Below are positions 48,149 through 61,630 of a DNA stretch of 64,000 bases, in pieces. Below the pieces are notes generated by a model. The model saw nothing but the letters and a program-made list of their open reading frames with translations, did not search any database and had not been told where the DNA came from. A program made the translations under genes and the position numbers. Each line of letters opens with the position of its first letter. The first letter of the stretch is position 1. Source of the DNA: Felis catus (taxonomy: Eukaryota); the NCBI RefSeq assembly GCF_018350175.1, contig NC_058368.1, positions 198,216,001-198,280,000 on the forward strand, read 5' to 3'.

Positions 48149-50707
48149 TGAGTTCTTCTGGTCCATGAATATGGAATGCCTTTCCATTTATTTAGGTCTT
48201 TCTAGATTTCTTTTCCCCTAACAGTGTCTTGTTGTTTTCAATGTACAAGTCTTGCACTTTTTCCATTAAATTTATTTCTAAATGTTTTATTTTTTGTGGT
48301 GCTACTGTAAATTGAATTCTTTTCTTAATTTAATTTTGTTTTTGTTATTGTTCGGGTACAGAAATACAACTGATCTTCGTTATTGATTTTGTAATCTACA
48401 AGTTTGTTAAAGTATTTTTATTTTAATTGTTCCTTAGTGGGTTCCTTAGGATTTTCTATATGCAAGATTATTTCACTTGCAAATACAAATAGTTTTAGTT
48501 CCTCCTTTCAAAATTAGGTGCTTTTTATTTAATTTTCTTTCCTAACTACCGTTGCTAGAATCTCCAGTAAAATGTTGAATAGGAGTGGTGGGAGTGGACC
48601 TCCTTGTTTTGTTGTTCATCTTAGGGAGAAAGTTTCAGTCTCTTCTCATTAGGTATATTGCTAATTGTAGATTTTTTTTGTAGATGCCTTTTATCAGGTT
48701 GAGGAAGTCCCCTTCCATTCTTAGTGTGTTGAGTATTTTTTATCAGGAAGGGATGTTGAGTTTTGTCACACTTTTTCCCTGAACTATGGAGATGATCATG
48801 TGGTTTTTGTTCTTTATTCTATTGGCATGATATATTCCATTAATTGATTTTTAAGATATTTAACCAATCAATCCCACTTGATCATGGTGTACAATCTTTT
48901 ATATATATTGCTGGATTTGGTTTGCTAGTGTTTTTTTGAAGATATTTGCATTCTGTTAGCACTCTTGCTATAAGCTTCTCATTTCAGGAGCATGAGCTCC
49001 AACAGAAGAATGTATTTTGAATGGAAATCAAACAAGTTTTATCTGGGAAAGTTGGTTTTATTGTGGAATAGAAATAGAATGAATGTGGTCACTTGGAATG
49101 TTTGAATCTGTGAGGAAGAAGGAGAAATATTTCATCTTGGTTTAGTGTACAGATCACATTTGGAAAGGTAACTGGCATTTTAGTAGGCCTCTGGGACAGG
49201 AGAATCCACCAGAACTATACTGTTGAAGTTGACCATATATTGTTCCACGTTGGGTGGCTGTATCTGCGGCTCTCTCTATCCCAGTTCATCCCACCAGAGG
49301 TGCCCATGATAGGAGGTCAGCCCTTCCAGAGTCTGTCAGTCAGGTCAATGGGTGACTACATGAGTGTTTCTTGTAGGCCAGATGTGCATCCAGAGAACAA
49401 GGTGGCATGGGGTCATTTCAGGTCATATCCAGGAGGGTGATCTAGAGACCTAAGACTTAAATGGGGAGAAGATGGGGAACTCCTGGATTTCCAGGGAATG
49501 AGAAGGAAAGGAAGTGACCAGCCAGAGAACATTGGCATTTGCCTTGCCAAGGAATTACAGATAAGAGATCTCCAAAAATTTCTGAAGAACCATGTTAAAT
49601 CTTGTAAGAAAAGTCCTTTAAACTTGTACAAAAATAGAGATTACAAATTCTAACTATATAGCAGTACCAGGTAAGTAGAAACTTTTCTGTTCCCTTGACC
49701 TAGTACCCTTACTGTGCTTCAACCCTGGAGAAGTTGAAACATGATTAGTTAGAGGAAGAACAGATGTGAGGGAAGGGTGGCCTTTCCCTTCCCTGACTTC
49801 AGGCTCAAACCTGTAGAAGGGGAAGAAGGCTCGACTGAGAAGCAAATTTGAAATTTTGACCATTACATAAGGCTGACATTTTAATGCTAATCTGAAGTCA
49901 TAACGTGTAACTTGAAGCGACCCTAGAAGTGTGTGTATTATTCAAGAAGGACCAGAAAATTCTTGAGAACCTCCCCTACCCCCGCCTGAAAACTTAGCAG
50001 ATATGATCTCACAGAGGTGATTGAAAGGGCCAGTGGAAGACAAAAATAAAGTTTTCTCATTACGCTTTACCTACTGCTTGTTCAACATAACTTTTGTGTG
50101 AGAACGGTGCATTTCTACTTATCAGAATCTCACCTCCATTACAGGGCTAAGTGCTGAATGCTGTCCGGTTTTATTCCAAATCGGGTTTCACTACAACACT
50201 GGCCTATCTACATTCTACTTCCTCCAGGGGTCCTTGTGTGACCACCCCAGTTAGACAATCTCAATCACCATGATGGGCATTTAGCCTTCTTTCTGGCTAC
50301 TGAGCATACTTATGTCTGGGAAATCTCCTATTTTATGAAGGAGAGCTCCCTTCCCAGAAATAGAAGCTGAAATGTCAGATACTCAAGTCCCAACTTCCCC
50401 GCAGCCATTGTGCAAACATAGCCCAGCAATGGGAGGAAGCAGGGGCTGTCCCAACTCCATTCTGGTGACAGATGGTGGTAGCAGAAGTGACATCCAATTT
50501 CTAGAAGCAGAAATGACAGATGAGGGCCTGGCTTCATGGTGCTGATGGTGAGGCCTTATAGCGTCTGTGCCTAGCATGGGCTGTGTAGTCTTTCTTGGCC
50601 CGGTTCCTTGGGCCAAACACTGGGTTTGGCAACAGTTTCTGGCTCTGTAGCCACCACAATTGGTCCTCTGGTGCTCCTGGAGACTCCGTGAACTTCTCTG
50701 TAGTCTG

Positions 50708-51460
50708 GTTTTTTTCTCTGAAATAATTTTAGATTTACAAAAAAGTTACAGGGATAATGCATAGAGTCCTCACGTACCCTCATCCAGCTTCTCCTAATGT
50801 TAACATCTTATATAACCATGGTACATTTATCAAAACTGGGAAACTACCATTGGTATGACACCGTTGTCTAAGCTACACACTTTATTTGGATTTCACCAGC
50901 TTTTCCATTAGTGTCTCTTTTCTTTTCCAGGATTAGAAATTCCAGGATTAGAATCAGGATACCACTTGTCCTTTGGCTGTCACGTCTCTTGTCTCCTCTC
51001 ATCTGCGATAGTGTCTTGATAGTCTTTCCTTGCTTTCTAAGAGTACCGGCCAGCTATTTTGTAGAATGTCTCTCAGGTTGGATTTATCTGATTTTTTTTT
51101 CATTTTTGTATAAGAGTTATGAATTTGAGGGGTGAGGAATACCACAGAAGTGAAGTGACTTTTCTCTTCAAGGGGTAAATATCAGGGAGTACATGACACC
51201 TACATGACAAATAACTGGTGATCAATGGTTAAACTCGATCAATGGTTATAGTGGCATCTGTCAGGTTTCTCCACTATGAAGTCACTATTTTCTCCCTTTT
51301 TGTCCTCTATTTGTTATAAGGGAGTCACCAAGTCCAAACCACACTTAAAAGGAGGGGAGTTAACTTCCATTCACTAAAGGAGAAATATCTTCACATGTTA
51401 TTTGAAATTCTTCTGTAAGGAAGATTTGTCCTTTCTCTTACATCTATTTTTTCATTTCTC
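50708..51460 (-). mobile_element. Old L1M (L1MB/MC-like) 3' UTR fragment
   Basis: tgaaataattttagatttacaaaaaagttac...cagcttctcctaatgttaacatcttatataaccatggtacatttatcaaaact...caggtttctccactatgaagtcac. Confidence 0.75.
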
Positions 51461-54400
51461 AAGCAAAAGAATAGGGCGTTTGTTAGTAAATGTCAGGGCA
51501 ATGTCTTAAGAGTCCAATGGCAGGAAAAAGAGACAGCATGATAGGGTTTGCAGAGATCTTAGAAGCCAAGACAAGAGACCATATGGAGAAAACAAGAAAG
51601 ATGCTCTCTGTGGCCTGCTCTGTTCCATTGGCCGTGAACTGGCTTCTGCCACAGGTGCTTAGTTTCACTTTCCTCGTGGCTTCAACTAGCCAAAGCCTCT
51701 AGATGGTCTAAACCTCTCTCTTGTGCCCGTGCCACATGACTTTTGCTCAAGGGCATAAGGTCATTTCACTACAAAGGGGGTCGCCTGGCTCAAATTCTCA
51801 AGAGAAAGAAGCTTGTCTTTCTCAGCCTAGCCTATGGATGTATTCTTCCTGGGCCAGGTGTCCACTTGAATGACATCAGCTGTGGCCAGCGGTGGGGTGG
51901 GTCTGCAATCATTGTGCCCCTCCTGCAGAAGCGCCCTAAGAACGAGTCAGTTCTAAAAGGAAGGAATGTGGTGGGCAGGCACTGCGACATGCTCCCACGG
52001 CACCTTCCTTCAGTTCTTCCTAGAATAAGCATTCTTCTACTAAAATAACACCAGAGGTCGCATTCATTTCCAGTGTACATAGTGGCTTTTCTCTGTAACA
52101 CACAGTGCTCTCCAGCGATCATCTCCATTCTCTAATATTTTGGAATTTCTGCTGAAAATTTTGTTCAGCAGATAAAATAGAGCTACTGTAATTGAAGCAT
52201 GGGTGGGGGCTTATCGCATCACACTCTACCCTCCTCAGCCTCCCTTCAGTGGCTGTCAGAATACGGGTTAAGGGAGGTAGACCAGATACATGATTTACTT
52301 CCTTGGACCTCAGTTTTCAAGTTGAAGAAAGAAAAGTCACTGATTTCATGTAACATTATTCTCCAGGGTTCTATAATGAGGGGTCCTGGAGATGTAGAGT
52401 CCCTCCTCCCCAAAACATCATAAAGATGGCTTGGGTGCTATATCCTTCAGGGTCCCAGGAGGCACACCCAAACTGCATCACTGAGAAACATCTCGTAATG
52501 GACTCTACAGAGATATGGGCAGGGTTCAGGAAAAATAACAAGTATGGCTCAATACCTCTCAGGGATTGCAATTGTGGAACCATCACCACCCCTCAGGCAG
52601 AAAGGACAGAAGAAAAGAGTAGTTCCAGGAGGTGGAACACATGGCTGTCTGGCTGTGGCCTTCAGTGGATAGAAGCAGCCAACCTTAAAGTGTAGAGAGA
52701 GAAAGCTGGGGAACAAAGGCCCCACCCACCTCCTCCCTCTGATCTCCTGCCAGGCGCTGCCATCCACTGACCCCAACCAGAAGCCAGAGACCACGTTGCT
52801 CTTGATTCAGTCCTTGGGAGGCAGCCTCTCAAGACAGACAGCAGGGTGGAGAGGGTGGAAAGTGGATCTAAAGAAACAAAAGGAAGGTCTCCAGCACAAG
52901 ACAGACAGATGGTTTGTGGCTGAGCCCAGCCTCGACCCCCTTTCCTGACTTATTCTCTTATTATTCTCCTTCTGCCTTCTTCTCGTTGTCTCCTATCAAT
53001 CAGTACTCTAGCCAGGCAGTTCCAAGCTTCTTTCCTTGCTGCAGATGGAGAAGCTTAGTTTTGCAGACTGTGAGGCCTAATTTTGGCCTGCATTTCACAC
53101 ACTCTCCAGCAGTGAAAGACCTGGGCCTTCACTCTTGCTTTTCTTGGGTCTCCGCCCAGCCCTGGAGGCTGTAAGTCTCTGTGATGGCCCCTTCATCCTG
53201 ACCTCTGAGGGACTTACTTCTAGATAGAGTGCTTTGCTGAGCAACCTCTCCTTTTGAACACAGGAAAAAAGCCCCCAGTGATTTTTGTTGTTGCTGTACA
53301 ACGGAAAAAAGAAGCCTCAGATTGCTTTCTGAGTAAGTGAGGATTGCATTCTTCCTGGAAAGAGTTTTCTTCTCTGAGGCTGCTATTGCCACGGTCAATT
53401 GAAAACCGGGAAGCTGCTTTCAGAAACGCTCGCCCATGCTTTGGAATGTAATTGAAAACAACTGTCCTACTGAAACATGTAAGGAGCCGGAACCATCCCT
53501 AGCGGCTAGTCGAGGAGGGGGTGGGGACAGAATGGTTCAGAGGAGGGGAGGGGAAGAGAGTGGTTGGGTCAGGGCAGAGACAGAAAAAGCGCTTATTGGT
53601 CAGAGGAAAGGAAAATAATTAGAGGTTTCCATGTAGAATAAATTTCCATCGGACCTGCCCTGATGACAAAACAGGTTGTGGATGAGAAACGCTGGGTGGC
53701 TTTTTAGAGTGACATAGTCTCAGATCCAGGCAGTCAGAAGAAGGCTAGTCCAGAGCAAGACTGTAACCCTAGTCTCTTTAGAGTAAGTCAACTAGAGACA
53801 GGCATTTCCACCCCCACCTTCAAGAAGAGACAGGGAAACTAGTTCACAAAGCTACAGGGGATAGTTCACAGAAGACAGAGATACCTCCCCTTCACTTTTT
53901 AGTTATTGTCTCATTTGGACAAAGATGACTAGAATACTCACCCCAACGTATCCTCTGCCTTTTGTTTCCTGCAGGCTCCACATTCTCTAGCCTTAGGCTT
54001 TCTGCGTGAATCATAATTTTATTCCTAAGCAAATGGCCCATACCAAATGCAGATGCTGGCTGAGTCTCTGCCAGCTAGGTCCACACATGGAATAAATCCT
54101 TCCCTGAGCAATGTATCTTCCAGCCCTGCAGAAATAGGGACTGGGGCTTTCTCCAGGAGGTCTGACATACATTCTTCCAGTGCCTTGAATGTATTTGGGG
54201 GCTAAGTTCAGAAGACAGGGCTCTTACATGTCTTGCCTTCTAAAGACAGCACATTTTCCCCATTATATTGGAGAGAGATCAGAACTGATCACATTCAGAA
54301 GCATTGAAAAAGACATTTTAAGGTAATATTACAATAGTTTCTTCCTAGAGCTTTTTATGATTGTAACATTAGTAATGAATGTGAAGTGATTTGAAGTGCT

Positions 54401-56059
54401 TCATGCTAGGCATTTTGGCTGGGAATCTGGGCCTCTGAGGAATCAACAATAGTCTAGTCCATAGATAGGTTTCTGAGGGAGCATCTCTCCCTTTTCTGGA
54501 CTCCCATAAGACTTCCATTAATGTGTTCAAGGTGAGGAATCTTTGGCGAAATGTTGAAAGATCATCTATATACTTCCCACAGAATTATATCTTTTTGACC
54601 TAGAAAGAACATTGGTCATGCAACCCTAATCTTCTACAGATGAGGACACTGAAGTATGGAGGATCAGAGGGTTAACTAGTGGCAGAAATAGCTCTGGAAC
54701 CTTGCACCTGGACTGGCATTCAAGAGCTCTTTCTATTGTTGTGCTCTTCCATTTTGAAAATCCATGAAACATTCCCAATATTATGAGTGTGTCACAGATG
54801 ATTGGTGCAGTGATTATTACATGCGTTTCGCTAACAATTCCCAGCCTCCTTTGCATTTAGGTTGGAATCACATGACCATCTAGCATTGGATTATGAATAA
54901 AAGTGGAGTATGTGCCTGTTCTTGGCTGGTAGTGAGTTCAGATTAATATTTCTTCTCCACTCTTCACATGCTCTGCAGAGGAGAACTTAGAGATCAGATG
55001 AAGCATATGGCAAAGCTACAAGATGGAGGAAGGCTTCCCAACTCATATGTGATGTTACACAAGCAGGAAATATGCCCTTGCTCTCGGAAGAAACTAGGAT
55101 TTCAGGAATTTGACCTTTGAGGCAGCTAGCATCTACTACCCCAAGTCAATGGGATTCTGTTTCAGCCATCTTGCCTGAAAAGGACATAATGAACAAGGTT
55201 CGACAATGGCAGCCCACCATTTGCAAAAAGTCAACAGGAATGTAGCACTTATCACCTGGACACTCATTGCTCAAATCAGAGGTGTAAGGTCTGGGAGAAG
55301 GCAGGAGTTCCAAGGCTGAGAAAAGAAAGTTAGTTGCTAGTTAGTCCCACTCTTCAGGAAATCAGGTTTCCACAAATGTAGAGAAGACTGTGTTAGACAG
55401 CTCTGGTGTGTTCTATCTCAGTTCTCTCTCTCTGCATCCAAGGATGGACTGTGGCCACATTGCCTTTTCAGTCTGAGCTCAGCTGCATCCTCTCTCACAA
55501 GTGCCCCAGAAACTTAGGGGAGGAAGTGAGTCAATGTGACTTCTCTGTGAAACCTCTGCTGCAGACCCCACTTCATGTCCCCAGCTGCCAGTGCACCTCT
55601 TAGGATGTGGCTCTGTACTGGGAGCTTGTACAGCTTCCCCTGGGAAGCTCGTACAATTTTCCCTACAGTGTGACTTGCAACAAAACCCTTAAATAAGACA
55701 GAGGAAAGCAGGTCATTGTCTCTGCTGGGTTGTTGGCATTGCAGCTATCATTGGGTGACTTTTGGCTCTGGAACCTCAAGTTAAAACGTGGATTGCTGGC
55801 TCATGTTGAATTCTGGTCAACTGGCCTTGTTGTCTTTGCATTTCCCACCTCTGAGCCTGGCAGGCCCACAGTGGTGAGGTCCGTTGATGGAGGGCTGGGT
55901 TGCCTGCGTCATTCTCCCTCCACAGATGGAATCTTATTTCGGAGTGACTCCTCATGGGAGGATCAGGAACACACATCCTGGTGCCAGCAGGTCCAAGGCC
56001 AGGCTTTCATACTCTCACATCATGTAGCTTCAGATCAGGCAGTCATTGATCTGCTTCAC

Positions 56060-56790
56060 TGATCTCTCTTTTTTTAGGCATCATTCAAATCCAGAGTATT
56101 TTAATTACTGTGGCTTTAAAGTATGTTTTCATATCCGGGAGGGCAGATGTCCATTCATTAATCTTCTCATACATTTATTCTTCCAAATGAAAGTTAGAAT
56201 CAATGTAGTTGCCCTATACCCAAAAAAAAAAAAAATGCTATGAAGAATTTATTAGAATTGTGTTAAACGTATAGATTAACTTGGAAAGAATTGAAATTTA
56301 TATGAGATTGAATCTTCCTAGGCAGAAATGCAATATAAAAAGTCATTTATTTCAGTCCTTTATGTTTTTCATGGAATTCTTAGAAAAATATAATTCTAAA
56401 AAGACCCCATTTATAATTGCATAAGGCTATTTATTGTTGGAACTCTGTAAAATATTTAGGAATATCAACTATTTGTTATAAGCATAATTGTTTGATATTC
56501 AAATATTTACCTTTTACCTGAACATCTTAAACTCTCTTAGTTCTGTTTTTGAGGTACAATCATATTGCAAATAATGATCACCTGTCTCTTCCTTTCTATT
56601 TCAGCCTGTCTTATTGAATTGGTTAGGACCTTCACAAAAATGTTAGACAATAGTATAAAATTGGTCATATTTATATTACTTCTGATAGAATTTACGACCC
56701 TGCAAGTAACTCCATTAAATGAATGTGTTGTCTGTTAGACAAAACCTCCTTGTCAAACAAAGGAAATGCCCTTCCTTATTGGTTTTATAA
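56060..56790 (-). mobile_element. Highly diverged L1M ORF2 fragment
   Basis: ttttaattactgtggctttaaagtatgtttt...tagaattgtgttaaacgtatagattaacttggaaagaattg...gcaaataatgatca, resembling antisense L1 ORF2. Confidence 0.6.
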
Positions 56791-59700
56791 ATTGATATGT
56801 GTGCATGTGTGTGGGAGAGGACAGAATTTCAGGGTAAGGAGGAAGTGTCATGTTATTTTACTTGAACTTGGCATTTAGTCCCATCTCCTGTCCTCTCTTC
56901 ACTAAGAATATCACAGTATTTAAAAAAAGAAAAAACTGTAATGAGACAGTAAAAGTCAAGATAGTTCCTCTCCTTCACATTTTTCCCCTTATATCTGTCT
57001 TTTCTACATGCAAACCACCCCTATAAGTCTGCGTCTCTATAGGTTCCTGCATTAGCTTATTTGCCTCAAGTGACTTAAACAATATTTTTTAAAACTAGGT
57101 CAACCGGTTTTTATTTATTAATTTTTAACGGTGCAGGGAAAGTTTACCTTCCTCTTCAAATTCTTTGATCGGTTACATTTATGATTTCTCCATCCTATCC
57201 AGTTATTATTCTAATAATCCAGACCTTTCCCCTTTTTGTCTACATTCTAAAAAAAAAAAAAAAAACTTCTCTGGATTATTTTTCCTATTGTGAAAAGTGC
57301 TATATTTTATCTTCTTTTAAAATATTATCTGGCAGCTTCTTTGTCTTTCTTGTCTTTGTTCCCTACCTTCACAACATTGTTTCCACAACCAACTTTTTAA
57401 CCTTTGAACACTGTATTTGGACATGAATTAGGTATGGAAGGAAAGAAATTTTCCTTCCAGAGTCCAGATGCTCACATCCTGGGACTTTTCTTACCCCAAG
57501 TCCCGACTCTCTTACACTGTGACCTCTGGGTTTCAGAGTCAGTGTTCCCTACAACTCCCAGCCGTCTGCAGAATATAGTTAAGAAGCCATTGGACTGGAG
57601 AGGCTCTGAGCTCCCTCCCTGCTCTGAAATCTTGTGCACCTGCCCTTACTTGTCCTCCCCACCTACTCAAACCATCCCCATCTTTGAAGCCCGCCTTCTC
57701 TAACCCACACCCCTGACCTTGCATGAACATTTGTACCTTCCTCCTCTGTGCTCTTGCCATGCTGTTCCTTCCACTCCAACTTCCTTCCCTTCCCACCTTT
57801 CTTGGTCCCGAAAAAGTGTAGAATTTTCAAGTGATAGATTGTATTCCATTTGACTTGAGCATGGGACTTCTGAAGGAAAATAATAAGAAAATTGTGTCCA
57901 GATAATAGAATGTAATACTTGTCTGTGGTAGCCACTTAAGTTTGGAGTGAGAGAATTAGCAACATACACAAGTATCAACCAGAGTGTGTATAAAATGATT
58001 CCCCAGTTCCTTCCCAGTCTAGCAGCCCTGACTAATGATCAGAGAAGTCAGTAGGTCTGACGGCAGGGGATGGAATGAACTAGATCTGGCAGGACTGGGG
58101 CCAGGGCCAGGGTGTTCTATTCCTTGGCTTGTGAGCCGCATAGAGTGAAAGTCATAAAAAGTCTCTTTGTGATGTGTCTAAGGGGTATTCTATCCCTCCA
58201 CAAGACTGGGGAATCTGAAATCACCTCAAGTAAGCACTTAGGTGGTAGATGGTGTTTTTGGACTCTTGGCCTCTCTTGGAATTGTCTTCATAATCTCCAT
58301 TTCTCTCTCTGTGCATATGTTTAGATGTTCACCTAGCATTTGCGACTTTTTGAAAGTACTTCCATATCCACAATGGTATTTTATATATATAGCAAATTAA
58401 TAATGGGAGAAATTATCTTCGTTTTATAAACGAGGAAATTGTTTGCCTAGCAGGTGAAACGACTTGCTAAGATCAGATACCATAAGGAACATTAGTGGTA
58501 GAACTGCAACAGAAAAGCAATGAACTGGGAGCCAAGGGACCAGGGAGGCATGTGCCCGTTCATATTGCTAAGAGAATTCTGTGGAAATGGCCCCCACCCG
58601 GCCACTGTGCCCCCTGCCGCGTTGGAGCTACGTTATCCCCATGAAGTCATAGTCTACTCCATGTGAAGAAAATAATTTTGCTTTTCAAGATGTGGAGTTG
58701 GGGCGGGGCGGGGGGGGGGGGGAGCTGGACATTCTGGATGGCTCGGGAGCTGGCACAATCAGGATAAAGGAGGCTTTCAGAATTGGTTTGAGGCAAATGG
58801 GCCAAGAGAATATGGTAACCAGATTTTGCACATCTAAAATATATTCCTATTGAAGAAAGAGAGACTTTCTAAATTGGCTCAAAGCAGTACAAGATGGAAA
58901 TAAAGGTCTTATGCCAGAACTCCAGGCACCACACACCCCGTTTGGTCCCCTCAAAGTTGGCTGAGCCACGTGACAGGGTTTCTCTCATCCCTGCCCAAAT
59001 GCTGCGTCCCACCCTCCCTACGAGCAATTTCTCTTTCACAGGAGGAGCTCTGGCACCTTTCAGAGGCTCCACGTTCAGAAGGGAGAAGCCAGAGTGTAGT
59101 GGGGGGGCTCCGTGAGTACTGGGAAAGGGTGTGGTACCCAGTCTGTGCGCTGAGAGGCCCCACTGACGTCACCCCCTCACCTCCTTCCCGTTCACACTGG
59201 AGCAAGCACACAGAAAACTCCCTTTTGCAGCTGTGAAAACCGTTCTTGCTGATCTACATCATGCCCACGGCTCCCTACAGCTATTCCAAATCCCCAGTTT
59301 CACTGGCCATATTCAGAGGGAAATCAAAACACCTATTTCCCAGTTGGCCCTTTTTCAGTCAGACAAAATTAAAATAAAGCTTGAAGTTTAAATGAAATGC
59401 CCTTCCAGTTTATGCTCTGGAGTTTCCATGCTCCCTCCACCTCAGCCTAGTTAAGGCTGAGCCGGCCGGCTGAGGGCTTTTCTTCCAGTGTTTGCTAAGG
59501 AACATCCTGGAAAGTTGGCCGTAAGTCTGCATTTCTGTCTAATATGCATCTGCTTCGGCCTTTAGAAGGGCCTCCTTCCCTCCTAGTGGGATGTGGAACA
59601 GTAGGAATCTATTCTAAGGGCTGGCCCTGTAGAGGGGAAGGGAGGGGAGAGAGTTCATCAGATCTTCCCTAGGTGTCACCAGACCTCATTGCCCGCAATA

Positions 59701-60233
59701 GTCAGATACTACACAGACTTCCCGGGGCTCCATCCTCTTCCCTGGAGGACAGAGGAAGGAAAGAGACCATTTTCCATGCTGGTAATGAGTGTTGCAAAGT
59801 ACCTTTCACTGGAAGCTCAGGTGAGAAGGGACGAAACACCTCTTCCAAATCCCTCAAAACTGGGCTTCTAGAGTTTAACATCAACAGTGGTGTTAGAGGT
59901 TTGGAACCAGGGGAAATGTGGTGCCCCTGGGGTCCTTCTGATCTCAAGTACCCTGTAAACCCCAGTGGTTTGGAGGTATGTATTGGAGGGATCTATGGAG
60001 CTTTCTAGAAATAGAATTGCCATGCCTCAAGCCCAGATGTTTTCCCTCAGTAGGAAGGAGCCCTGCAGGGCCCTAGCATTTTTGTAGCTTGAAAAGGTCT
60101 GTATTGATTCTCCTGCAGGTGGTTTCATATATTTGCCAGTTTCCTCAGCTGGGATGTGTACCAAAACATTTTAGAATTCTAAATTAGATTTAGACACAGG
60201 TAAGGGATAGCCAGTTTTAAAAGACTGGAGGGT

Positions 60234-60456
60234 AGAGGCACCTGGGTGGCTCAGTCAGTTAAGCGTTCAACTCTTGATTTCAGCTCAGGTCAGCATCTCC
60301 CAGTCGTGAGATTAAGCCCCATGTTGGGCTCCCTGCTGACAGTGTGGAGCCAGCCTGAGATCCTCTCTGTTCCTCTTTCTCTGCCTCTGCCCTGCTTTGC
60401 GCTCTCTGTCTCTCTCAAAACAAATTTCAAAAAGTAAAATGAAACAAATTAAAAAC
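60234..60456 (+). mobile_element. Can-SINE (older)
   Basis: ggcacctgggtggctcagtcagttaagcg. TSD taaaagactggagg at 60218-60231 and 60457-60470. Confidence 0.92.
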
Positions 60457-60677
60457 TAAAAGACTGGAGGTTATAAAATCAGGAAGAGTTATAGTACATA
60501 GGTATAAGTGTCTCATTTGTAGACAAATGGAATAAGGCTGTCTGCCCACAGCAATACTCAATGGATAAAATTAATTGTACTCTAGCTGCAGAGATAGAAC
60601 TCAGCGGCGGGATGGGACAAACAAGAAATCTCATCTCTGGAGGTCGGGTAGACAGGTAATATTAAACCCACCCCCGT

Positions 60678-60750
60678 TGAGGAGGGCACTTGTTGGGATG
60701 AGCACTGGGTGTTGTATGGAAACCAATTTGACAATAAATTACATTAAAAA
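60678..60750 (+). mobile_element. Very short felid L1 3' end
   Basis: gagggcacttgttgggatgagcactgggtgttgtatggaaaccaatttgacaataaa plus A tail. It is the reverse complement of the same L1 end seen at 46756-46879. Confidence 0.8.
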
Positions 60751-61171
60751 AATATTAGGCCCATCCCTGTACTCAAGGAGAAGGGATATATGTGGGCAAA
60801 CACAACACGGCTCAGGTAAGGAACATGGATACATAAACACCAATATTTTGGGCTCTCACTTTTATTGATGTCAGACACCTTGGATATGTTCCAGCTGCTA
60901 AGATTTTCATTTATTCCTTCATTAAATATTATTGCCCACCTGCTACTTTCCAGTCATAGGTGCTAGATTCTGGAGGGACAGCGATAATGCCACTAGAACT
61001 CTTTTTCTGATCGATTATCTTCTTGCCTTATTTTTTACTTGGCCTTAGCTTTTCATTTAGAAAAAAATTCCACATAGTAGAGAACTTTTGCTCTCTGCAG
61101 CCACTGGTTTACACCCTTCAGCTTGGAGAAACTCCAAGAAAAAAAAAGTAGCTTCTTTTTCTCAGCAGCTA

Positions 61172-61630
61172 TGGTAGGGGCGAAGGGCAGACTGCCCCAG
61201 GATAGGCCACTCTGGCCTGAACGTTATTTTGAATTAAAAGTAATCAACACCCAGCAGATGCAGAAAAAGCTCTCTTCTTGGTCCACAGCTGCCTAAATTT
61301 ACATTGGAAAGGAGAGACTGTACCAAGAAGAGTGCTATTAACAGAGACTCCCCTTTACTTAAGAGACTTATCTGAATATTAGGGCAAACTTTAATTTGCA
61401 AAACATCTCCTTTCACCTTCCTGCTAATGGCCTTCCTTGACCCTACTCCTCTCCTTAGCTCACACAAGCTTCCTGTTGCCTCATGGTCTTTGGAACTCCA
61501 TGTCTTCATGGATTGCCCATGAGCCTGCTATTAAATTTGATCTACTCCTGTTGATCTGTCTCGTGTCAATTTGATTCAAAGTCCAGCTAGACGGAACTTG
61601 AAGAGCAGAGGAAGGTCCTCCTACCTGACA
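61172..61630 (+). mobile_element. ERV1-class solo LTR (MER34-like)
   Basis: 5' gactgccccaggataggccactctggc...ttattttgaattaaaag and 3' attaaatttgatctactcctgttgatctgtc...ccagc...gaagagcagaggaagg...ctgaca resemble MER34-family LTR ends. About 460 bp. Confidence 0.6.

Larger units (their letters stand above)
45915..48955 (-). mobile_element. Fragmented old L1 (3' end plus ORF2) hosting several younger insertions
   Basis: 3' end acagctttattgagatgttatttacacacc. Minus-strand translation LPSFKTYCKATVIKTKW...QWNRIENTEISHIHGQLIFDMGVKTIKWGK is L1 ORF2. Antisense ORF2 text continues to about 48950. Confidence 0.85.
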
